From a virus: 64,000 nucleotides of DNA. Below, piece after piece: positions 56,904 through 64,000 of the stretch. Each line of letters opens with the position of its first letter. Within the stretch, counting starts at the first letter, position 1. The DNA lies in the IMG/VR virus record IMGVR_UViG_3300013004_000026, positions 96,001-160,000 of that record; one strand, 5' to 3'. The translations under genes were made by a program, and so were the position numbers. The notes under the pieces were generated by a model that was not told the DNA's origin, ran no database searches, and saw only the letters and a list, made by a program, of their open reading frames with translations.

Positions 56904-56932
56904 ATTGTAACATCAGTGTAAAGAAAAATCAA
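56904..56932 (-). promoter_or_regulatory. sigma70-type promoter TTGATT-17-TACAAT (TG-extended)
   Basis: Second ATG (56897) lies 6 nt after the -10 box. Confidence 0.65.
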
Positions 56933-56981
56933 ACTCGTTTTTTTGGCGCTAAATAACTTGAGCCAAAAATTGGATTAAACA

Positions 56982-57356
56982 GTGGACGACCAGTTAAAAG
57001 AATTTATCAAAAAATATCCTTTTATAAGCTATGTGGTGTATGGTGGCAATGAATACATTGGCATTATACAAAATGTGGATGATATTCTAACCACCGTGTA
57101 TGATTTTGGTAGCCTGCGCACAGAACAAGAAAAAGCATTGTTTCTTAATCTAGGCGACCAATGGTGGTGGGAAAGCAATCGTACCATTCCTATCAATGTG
57201 TTTCTGAGGCAGGACTGGGTACCTTTTAGATACTCACTGAAAACCATGAACAGCCGTGATGTGGTAATCAAATTTGGCCCTTATATAAGTCTCAAAGAGA
57301 TAGCCGCCAAGAAAACCAAACGCCGTTCAATTGTGTTGGTTCGCAAAACTGATTAG
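56982..57356 (+). CDS. hypothetical protein
   Basis: YPFIS...EYIGIIQN...WWWESNR.IPINVFL; TAAATA at 56950. Confidence 0.75.
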   Translation: MDDQLKEFIKKYPFISYVVYGGNEYIGIIQNVDDILTTVYDFGSLRTEQEKALFLNLGDQWWWESNRTIPINVFLRQDWVPFRYSLKTMNSRDVVIKFGPYISLKEIAAKKTKRRSIVLVRKTD

Positions 57357-57917
57357 ATTCATATTCACCACAACCAAGTGCGCATAGGCAACTGCGTGAC
57401 TTTTCTTGAAATAGTATGCACCGTCGTCGGGTCGTGTCCAAACATGTTTGGCAACTTCGCTCCAGGCCATGCCGGTTAGATTTCTTTTGGCAGGTCTAAT
57501 CACACTCAAAAACATAGCCAACCTAGGAATAGTATCCACAGGTTCTGGCATACGCTTCAACAAGTCCCAGTGATTGTTCACATGAATAAGTTGTTCAAAA
57601 AACGCCTTATCAGTGTTAAAACGCTGCCAGTTGGGGGTAGAATTCATTAATTCTACCAGGTGTGCTTCGTCTTGCACCTGACGGTACAAGTTTACATTGA
57701 TAAAATCAAGTTTGAGATATCCACGATCTTCAGCCTGTTCATAATCTAGACTGGCCAGTCCTGTGAACGGATCTGCAGGAATCATGGTAGGATGCACACC
57801 TGTGTTGTGTGCAGACAGTGCATCGTTGCGACGCAAGCTGGCAGGTGTGTGTTTGATCAATTGCAGTATTTGTTCGCGGTCTGCAAAGTCAATGTCAATA
57901 TCTGATTGGAACTTCAT
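57327..57917 (-). CDS. miniature DNA polymerase III alpha (DnaE)-like catalytic core
   Basis: SDIDIDF, HNTG, KLDFIN, AMFLSVIRP, FKKSHAVAY. Confidence 0.8.
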   Translation of the reverse strand: MKFQSDIDIDFADREQILQLIKHTPASLRRNDALSAHNTGVHPTMIPADPFTGLASLDYEQAEDRGYLKLDFINVNLYRQVQDEAHLVELMNSTPNWQRFNTDKAFFEQLIHVNNHWDLLKRMPEPVDTIPRLAMFLSVIRPAKRNLTGMAWSEVAKHVWTRPDDGAYYFKKSHAVAYAHLVVVNMNLISFANQHN

Positions 57918-58615
57918 AGCCCTGCCTCCCCAAGTACATGTTTACACCACTCTGCGTCTGCCATGTAGTCTTGTAGCTTGCGATTCCAATAATCAGGATC
58001 AATCCAAGGCAGAACAACAGCCAAAAGACTTTGGTCAAGACTGCCAAGAAAATCAACGCCACTAGCGCAATTAAACAATAGCCAAGGACTAATCCTACCG
58101 GTAGTAACATGGTGACAAACACGACTAGCATTAGCATAGCGAAAGTAATCACAAAACCCGTTTTTAAGATCTGGATGAGTGTCTGCATAGTTTTGCATTT
58201 CTTTTAGGCCGCGCTCAAGTGCGTCTTGCACATTCTCTTTGCGCAGATACTGCATGAGCCATTCTTCATAGAAACTGTCCTTGCACCAATGATCCAATTT
58301 CTTGTTTTGCTTCAACAACCATTCCAGATAGTCTATGGAATTTATTGCACGAACACCAACCAGATGCCGGCCAAATTTAACAAATGCACCATAGTATGGA
58401 CTGGTTACAAAATCCTCATAACTTTTTAGTCGAGCACTGCCCTGTGTGACTTCATAAAAGCGCAGATAAGAACGAAGTCCCAGTTGCACTCCTGCTTCTT
58501 TTTCCTGCTGCCAGCGTCTTTTTTGCTCGCAGAGATGTGCTGCAAGTGTAGACTCCTTGCGGAATTCTGTGTTGCAATACCGACATTTATAACTCTGCTT
58601 TGATTCGTTTGTCAT
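57914..58615 (-). CDS. hypothetical protein with N-terminal zinc finger
   Basis: YKCRYC...F..E.TL..HLC. Confidence 0.7.
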   Translation of the reverse strand: MTNESKQSYKCRYCNTEFRKESTLAAHLCEQKRRWQQEKEAGVQLGLRSYLRFYEVTQGSARLKSYEDFVTSPYYGAFVKFGRHLVGVRAINSIDYLEWLLKQNKKLDHWCKDSFYEEWLMQYLRKENVQDALERGLKEMQNYADTHPDLKNGFCDYFRYANASRVCHHVTTGRISPWLLFNCASGVDFLGSLDQSLLAVVLPWIDPDYWNRKLQDYMADAEWCKHVLGEAGL

Positions 58616-59054
58616 CCCAACCCAACTCCCGGGCTTTTTTGATAAGGTCTTGTTTGTTGTTGAGCTTGGCCATGAGTTCAATTTCATCTCTCTTGAGGTG
58701 TGGATACAATGCAGCAAGAAACTTCAGATGTTTGTTTTCATAACCTGAATTCTTTTTCTTGTTTGCAATCCACTGATGTTTGAATGTACCAATGCCTGGG
58801 CTCACTGCTGTGGCGCACAGCCATTGTAACTTAGGGTGTTTGGCTATGTCAAAAAAATTCTTGTTGAGATTTTGATTACAGCTCATCACATAGTAGGCTT
58901 GAATATTGCCAGCGGCCTGCACCTGACTGCTCCAACGCAGCATGAGATATGTGCTGAATTTTTTGCGTTCTTCGTCAGTGAGCTCGTCATAGAACAGAGT
59001 GTTCTTACGATCCAACTGTGCCATTTCGTTATTGATATTCAGTTTGTCGCTCAT
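58587..59054 (-). CDS. putative clamp loader small subunit (gp62-like)
   Basis: FSTYLMLRW.S...N.N...HPKLQW...HQWI...LYP pattern; replication context. Confidence 0.55.
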   Translation of the reverse strand: MSDKLNINNEMAQLDRKNTLFYDELTDEERKKFSTYLMLRWSSQVQAAGNIQAYYVMSCNQNLNKNFFDIAKHPKLQWLCATAVSPGIGTFKHQWIANKKKNSGYENKHLKFLAALYPHLKRDEIELMAKLNNKQDLIKKARELGWDDKRIKAEL

Positions 59055-59266
59055 GTTTTACTCAACCTATACACTATTTTAACACGATCAAGTGCATCTT
59101 GCAAGGCAGGATTATACGGTGCACGAAACATTGCGTCAATTATCTCTGGGAGATCATATAAACTTTCGGCATGTACCATTTCTCTAAGATCTGGATTCTT
59201 GATCCATACTTCGTGTTCATCCTCACCGTGATGAATATTGATTGTGGTAAAATCTTTGATGATCAT
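59051..59266 (-). CDS. hypothetical protein
   Basis: 71-aa ORF in operon. Confidence 0.6.
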   Translation of the reverse strand: MIIKDFTTINIHHGEDEHEVWIKNPDLREMVHAESLYDLPEIIDAMFRAPYNPALQDALDRVKIVYRLSKT

Positions 59267-59610
59267 CAGTGATTCCGTTTGCCATCAAACACACAATTAA
59301 ATATCAAATGCATTTCCCCGTCATTGATTACTCGATGAAATGCACCGTCTGGGATAAGAACAATATCACCTGACTTTACATCAAAAGGTTCGTCTGTTTC
59401 GTTGCCCACAATCATTTTACCATAGCCCTGCACAAACAAGTATACTTCCTCTTGACCCGCATGTCTATGACCTCTGGTGCTTTGTCCCCGGTAAAGTTTT
59501 GTCGAACTTAGCACCAGATTGTTCAATGTTTTGTTGTCTTTGAGCAAGTAGGTTTCGTTGTCTTTGACAACTTCGCCGCCCACATCATGAATGTTATATC
59601 TCAAGTTCAT
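59266..59610 (-). CDS. cupin domain protein
   Basis: GHRH..QEEVY...G.G...GD.VLIP.GAFH. Confidence 0.9.
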   Translation of the reverse strand: MNLRYNIHDVGGEVVKDNETYLLKDNKTLNNLVLSSTKLYRGQSTRGHRHAGQEEVYLFVQGYGKMIVGNETDEPFDVKSGDIVLIPDGAFHRVINDGEMHLIFNCVFDGKRNH

Positions 59611-60146
59611 AGCAGTTCCTTGGCTTTGTCATCTATGTAGTATTGGCATCTTTGTTCAAGATCAAAATTTGTAATGACAGCATGGTGCAAAGGTAATCTT
59701 GGCATTTGATCTCTAGGTCTGGCACTAGAGTGATTATGGAAAAATCCATGTCCAAAATAAACCTTGGGCTGCGGCAGGCGTTGGGCCACTGAGTGTAATA
59801 ACACATGATGCACATGTTTGTATTCGCCAATGGCATTATGAGTCAGTACTAGATCAAATTGCACTCCTGTGTCGATCAATTTACTCAACACTGCAACTTC
59901 ATCATTTTGATTGCTCAACGGCACCTTGTCCTGAAAGCCCAAAAAACATGTGGTGATATTTTGCTGACGCCAGTAACTGGCAATCTCTTGTGCCCTGTCA
60001 CTGTTTTCGTCGTAGGTAAGATACACAATGGTCCAATCCAGTTGTTTTTGTTCTAGCAAAAATGCCTGAGCAAATATCACACAATCGTCAGGATGCGCCA
60101 CAAGGCACAATCCTTTTTTACTTTTACCTTTGATCCAATTAAACAT
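59607..60146 (-). CDS. PIG-L/LmbE-family N-acetylsugar deacetylase
   Basis: VAHPDD, R..E, LTHN..GEY.H.HH. Confidence 0.8.
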   Translation of the reverse strand: MFNWIKGKSKKGLCLVAHPDDCVIFAQAFLLEQKQLDWTIVYLTYDENSDRAQEIASYWRQQNITTCFLGFQDKVPLSNQNDEVAVLSKLIDTGVQFDLVLTHNAIGEYKHVHHVLLHSVAQRLPQPKVYFGHGFFHNHSSARPRDQMPRLPLHHAVITNFDLEQRCQYYIDDKAKELL

Positions 60147-60646
60147 TACCAAACCTTTCCGTAATCAACTACCTCACACTGTCTGCTGATATCTTTAACA
60201 AAGTATGCGCACACAGGATTGTCTCCTGCTGTGAGTGGTACTGCAAGCAACTGCCCGGGCCTGAGCTTGGGGAAATACCACTTGGTGTCATGATATATAT
60301 CTACAATTTCAATTGGAAAAAACTCTGGCTTAAAACTTTTTAGTGGATTGAATGTAAACACGCTGAAGCCACGATCATTAATACTGGTCAATGGCACAAC
60401 TTCTAGGTCACCGAAGTCATGTTCACCAATAAGCACTTGCCAATCCACTGGCATTTTGATTGTGTGTGGCCCAATACGCAGCACCAGAGCAGGGCTGTTG
60501 AAACTTTCTAAAAATATCAATGGTATGTAAAAGTAATCAGGGTCCTTAGGATTGCTGTTATCAAATACACAAAATCTCAAATCCTCTACTTCGTCTGGAA
60601 TTTCGTCCATCTCAAACGCTTGATTATCCAGCGTTAAAATTCTCAT
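60146..60646 (-). CDS. hypothetical phage protein
   Basis: MRILTLDN...PLIFLESF.SPA...WYFPK. Confidence 0.7.
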   Translation of the reverse strand: MRILTLDNQAFEMDEIPDEVEDLRFCVFDNSNPKDPDYFYIPLIFLESFNSPALVLRIGPHTIKMPVDWQVLIGEHDFGDLEVVPLTSINDRGFSVFTFNPLKSFKPEFFPIEIVDIYHDTKWYFPKLRPGQLLAVPLTAGDNPVCAYFVKDISRQCEVVDYGKVW

Positions 60647-60648
60647 AA

Positions 60649-61422
60649 TTATTTTCCTCTTCTTAAATCTTTATTGCAGGATACCTTGATCAAGAATCCT
60701 TCTCTAGGACTGTGCAACCTATACTGCTTCAATAACAAATTGTTTTTTTCAAGCCAAGCGCTCATCAATGCATATTCTGTAAACATGGCCTTGTGATTGA
60801 TTTGCAACATCAGGAGCTGTGGAAACAGAGCGCCGCATTGTTGCTTTAGATATGTTATCATGTTTTGCACTGAGTGTGTATGACAAGGACACACACTGGC
60901 TTCTCTAGTTCTTAGAGCAACTGTGTGTTCTGTAAAACGCAGTCCCATGAAATCATATGCATGTTCATATTGACTACGATGATGCGAATTTGGGCCAAAC
61001 CAAGCGTCTTGTGGATCATGTATAGGCAATGCTTGTAGCATACTCTGTCCTTGAGTATCAACAAAATCATTGTATGCAAGATTACCAAAATAAAAATCCT
61101 TGCTGTCATTGATCACATACCATTCTGTTCTGATCAATTCAGCAGCAATAATCTTGAGTTGTTGTTGGCTTTGCCAATCATATGCACTCTGTTCTGGCCA
61201 TATGCTGTTGCTCCACAGGTGTCGTATGGGTAGCATTGAAAATTGTTGCACTACAGATTCAAACTCAGGCAGATATCTGTAATGATCGTTGAATATCAAC
61301 AGCACTTCTTCTAAATCATCTCTATTGCAGTGAGTCACCAGACTGCGAAGATAACGAGATAACAACAACAGGTCTTTGCTGCAAGTAACCACCACAAAGG
61401 TTAACTTGTTGGCTATTGCCAT
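60649..61422 (-). CDS. GT-A-fold glycosyltransferase-like protein
   Basis: VVVTC..D, W..QQQLK, INDSKD (DxD-like), TEY. Confidence 0.6.
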   Translation of the reverse strand: MAIANKLTFVVVTCSKDLLLLSRYLRSLVTHCNRDDLEEVLLIFNDHYRYLPEFESVVQQFSMLPIRHLWSNSIWPEQSAYDWQSQQQLKIIAAELIRTEWYVINDSKDFYFGNLAYNDFVDTQGQSMLQALPIHDPQDAWFGPNSHHRSQYEHAYDFMGLRFTEHTVALRTREASVCPCHTHSVQNMITYLKQQCGALFPQLLMLQINHKAMFTEYALMSAWLEKNNLLLKQYRLHSPREGFLIKVSCNKDLRRGK

Positions 61423-62867
61423 TCGGACTTCTCCACAGCAAATGGATAGTTGGCTTCTCTATAGAACGCCTTGCGTTTGGTAAGGTGCCGTTTGGCAAAT
61501 TTACAGGTACTGGTCAAATCCCAGATTTGTACAAAGTCTTTGTCTTCTGCTTTCCTAATACCTCTTCCAATAGATTGTATAACCCTAACAAAGCTCTTTC
61601 CGGGTTCCACAAGAACCAAATTAAATATCCTAGGAATATTAATGCCCACAGCGGCCACACCATAAGTCGCCACAATAACCTTGCCGTGTGCGGTAGCCAC
61701 CTCATTGTACTCATCTTGACGATCTGTAGCTTTCGTTGCCCCCGATATGAATACTGCATCTTTGATCCTCTCAGTTAATGCTTGACCAGCTGCCACACGA
61801 TCAACCAGGATGAGAGTGTTGCCGCTTTCGCGAATACCTTGTACCAGTTGAGCCATGTAGTCTAATCTACCAGCTGTCTCCAATAGGTATTTAAGTTCGC
61901 TTTGATAATTGTTGTACTCAACATGATCTGCAAGCTGAACAATGTTCACATGACATTGTGCTAGATGACCAGCTTCTTGCAGTGTTGCTGCTTTCAAACT
62001 GCCTACTACCTCACCAATGGCACACTTGATTGACATGAACTCATATTCTTCTTTGGGTATAGTTCCTGTAAGTCCCCAACGAATTGGAATGTGACTCATT
62101 ACACCTGTCAGCAGAGTTTTCAGTGCATCTGCTTTGGCCATGTGTACTTCATCCACAATAACACACACCACATCTTCCAGGAACTCGCCGATGGTAATGT
62201 CAGCTTCTTGGTTCTTGGTATTCTTGAGCAACACATTTAGGCTCTGCCAGGTACAAATAGTGTGCTGACGACCAAACTCTTTTCTATCTCCGTAGAACAC
62301 ACCTACATCTAACTGCATGTTGATATAATCAAGCTCTGTTTGTGTGACCAGACTCTTGTTGGGCACTATGACTATGGAGCGACCGTACTGACTCACTGCG
62401 TCACTGAGCGCGGCTGTGATCACTGTTTTGCCTGCACCAGTGGCCACTTCTTGTACACTTTGTGGATTCTCAAAAAAGCGATTGATAATTTCAGCCTGAT
62501 AGTCTCTGAGACGCATGGGTTGGCCTACCATGGGGTGTCCCTTGGGCCAGGCAATATGACTGTAGCTGTCTTCAGTTATCTGCTTGAATTCAAAGTTGGT
62601 TTTATACTCTCTAGTATCATTGACTTCGATGTTGTAGCCTTGCTGACCCAGATAAGACAATATCTCTGGCAATAGATTGATGTAGGTGCTGCCGCCCAAT
62701 TGGAAAAAACCCACCTTGCCATCCCACCGCCCTAGTCGCACTGCCGGCAGATATCTAGCCCCAGGAATTTCGTACTTGTACTTGTTGGCAAGCTCTCGCC
62801 TGTCTGAAAGTTCTAGTCCTTCGATCTTGACATTGACTTCGTCACGGATAATTAGTTTAGCAAACAT
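61413..62867 (-). CDS. SF2 DNA helicase (UvsW-like)
   Basis: LRDYQ, ATGAGKT, DEVH, GLTGT, GINIP, QSIGRGIR. Confidence 0.93.
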   Translation of the reverse strand: MFAKLIIRDEVNVKIEGLELSDRRELANKYKYEIPGARYLPAVRLGRWDGKVGFFQLGGSTYINLLPEILSYLGQQGYNIEVNDTREYKTNFEFKQITEDSYSHIAWPKGHPMVGQPMRLRDYQAEIINRFFENPQSVQEVATGAGKTVITAALSDAVSQYGRSIVIVPNKSLVTQTELDYINMQLDVGVFYGDRKEFGRQHTICTWQSLNVLLKNTKNQEADITIGEFLEDVVCVIVDEVHMAKADALKTLLTGVMSHIPIRWGLTGTIPKEEYEFMSIKCAIGEVVGSLKAATLQEAGHLAQCHVNIVQLADHVEYNNYQSELKYLLETAGRLDYMAQLVQGIRESGNTLILVDRVAAGQALTERIKDAVFISGATKATDRQDEYNEVATAHGKVIVATYGVAAVGINIPRIFNLVLVEPGKSFVRVIQSIGRGIRKAEDKDFVQIWDLTSTCKFAKRHLTKRKAFYREANYPFAVEKSEWQ

Positions 62868-62873
62868 GTTGTA

Positions 62874-62902
62874 ATTTTAACACAAAAGCAACAGGCAAAT
62901 CA
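62874..62902 (-). promoter_or_regulatory. sigma70-type promoter TTGATT-17-TAAAAT (TG-extended)
   Basis: ATG 62867 lies 6 nt after the -10 box. Confidence 0.65.
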
Positions 62903-63607
62903 ACCTGTTGCGCAGAGTTTTTCATAACTTTTCTCAATCAAATCTTTCATTTGTTTGTCATGACTTTGATATATTGTGATGTGCAGTCTAGTGTAAGGAG
63001 TAGGGTTAACCACAGCATGCCTGCAGCCAACATTGATCATAAACGCTTTACCGTTTTCAAATGGCACGATTCCTGCACCTTCAACTGCAAACTCACAGCC
63101 CTGTGGATGATCAATGGCAATGTTAATATTGTCTAGTCCATGACAATCATCTTTGTGCAACCCTATCACTCCATTGGGCTCTAACCCCAACAGTCTAATC
63201 TTGTGAAACTGAGCATGCGGCCATTGTTCCTGTAGATATTTTACTGTGTTGGGCATGAGAGTCAGGGCCTGCGCTGTCCAATCATTGACACCCTGCACAG
63301 GACCATGATAGTCGCCTGGATCTTCTGCTCCACGACTGTAGATGCCAAGGTTGGTCCAGCCATGACTGTCATGGCTGGTAATAGGCTGTGCCAGCATGTG
63401 AGGCATGGCAGCACGAGCTTCTTGCTGAATCATGTGCCAGGGTATTTCAATATCCAGTGGCAAGTAAGGCAACCCACTCTGCCAACATATCCAATCACTG
63501 TTGGCTTGATCCACGCGGGGCACCTGTAGAGAATCTGTTCTTACACTGCGCAGGAACGCCTGTGTTATTCCCGGCTGATGAGCAAACTCACTTACTTCTT
63601 TTCGCAT
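62900..63607 (-). CDS. 2OG-Fe(II) oxygenase, Asp/Asn beta-hydroxylase family
   Basis: RLLGLEPNG.IGLHKD, INIAI..P, HAVVN...RLH. Confidence 0.85.
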   Translation of the reverse strand: MRKEVSEFAHQPGITQAFLRSVRTDSLQVPRVDQANSDWICWQSGLPYLPLDIEIPWHMIQQEARAAMPHMLAQPITSHDSHGWTNLGIYSRGAEDPGDYHGPVQGVNDWTAQALTLMPNTVKYLQEQWPHAQFHKIRLLGLEPNGVIGLHKDDCHGLDNINIAIDHPQGCEFAVEGAGIVPFENGKAFMINVGCRHAVVNPTPYTRLHITIYQSHDKQMKDLIEKSYEKLCATG

Positions 63608-64000
63608 TATTTGCCTAACTTGTGATTTAGGTACACAATTTTTTCGCTGTTCTGTTGCATCATTTGTTTTTCAATTCCCGGCAACATGCCCGAGTAACTG
63701 ATCAATAAAGGTATGGTGTCATTGGTGTTGATAGGCTTATGGGTAAACAGCACCGGTGTGGTTATTTCTTTGATACTGTCTAGTTTTTTATTCAACAACA
63801 AAGTCACTTGATCCTGTCCCAGCTCTTGTGTTACCAACGCATGTTCGTTAGACAAACTAGGTGCATAGATTATCATGGGCAATCTATTTACCAGCTGAGC
63901 ATAGCGTAGCAGGCGACTCAACTGATTTTGTGCGCCAGCTAATTCGTATTCTCTACGCAACATGAACACCACTAGATCAGGCCCTAGAGCACTGTCAAGT
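63607..64000 (-). CDS. hypothetical protein (5' end outside window)
   Basis: Reading frame stays open to the window edge. Confidence 0.6.
   Translation of the reverse strand, partial: LDSALGPDLVVFMLRREYELAGAQNQLSRLLRYAQLVNRLPMIIYAPSLSNEHALVTQELGQDQVTLLLNKKLDSIKEITTPVLFTHKPINTNDTIPLLISYSGMLPGIEKQMMQQNSEKIVYLNHKLGK

Noticed and set aside
57895-58188. Hydrophobic 97-aa plus-strand ORF as a holin
   Set aside because: It lies almost entirely antisense to a convincing minus-strand gene and has no clear expression signals.
1-64000. Bacterial chromosome origin, suggested by clpXP, iscUA, nrdAB, rpsU and csgFG
   Set aside because: T4-like helicase, primase and UvsW, tail proteins, late promoter boxes and the absence of normal bacterial operon partners indicate a phage.
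1-64000. CRISPR array, tRNA or tmRNA genes
   Set aside because: No regularly spaced repeats or T-loop/cloverleaf signatures were seen, and intergenic gaps are short. Not confirmed with tRNAscan/ARAGORN.
1-64000. Stop-codon reassignment as in some large phages
   Set aside because: Conserved genes are full length in the standard code, and TAA, TAG and TGA all terminate genes.

Overview
This window is a fragment of a large lytic T4-like (jumbo-type) tailed dsDNA phage genome. It is densely coding, mostly on the minus strand, and uses the standard genetic code; the host is probably a Gram-negative (beta)proteobacterium (inference). It carries replication genes (DnaB/gp41 helicase, primase, UvsW-like helicase, a clamp-loader-like subunit, a miniature DnaE-like polymerase, NrdA/NrdB/glutaredoxin) and virion or tail proteins. 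Host-like accessory genes are abundant: ClpP/ClpX/ClpS/Hsp20, ribosomal protein bS21, IscU/IscA, UvsE, phasin, PBP-type peptidase S11, SleB-type hydrolase, and a CsgF-CsgG-curlin-FecR-autotransporter-CHASE2 adenylate cyclase block. Two promoter classes are visible: sigma70-type TTGAc-17-TAnnnT and about 23 T4-late-like TAAATA boxes; several of each appear to give leaderless mRNAs. The most striking non-coding signal is an ~85-nt structured element at 12070-12155 whose loops match universally conserved 23S H69/H70-71 and 16S 530-loop sequences (an rRNA mimic on the minus strand, rRNA-antisense on the plus strand). Together with bS21, an ArfA-like peptide, leaderless mRNAs and putatively capsid-targeted ligase/nucleotidyltransferase enzymes, it suggests a ribosome-manipulation or anti-defence system. 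All calls rest on motif recognition by eye; no searches were run.
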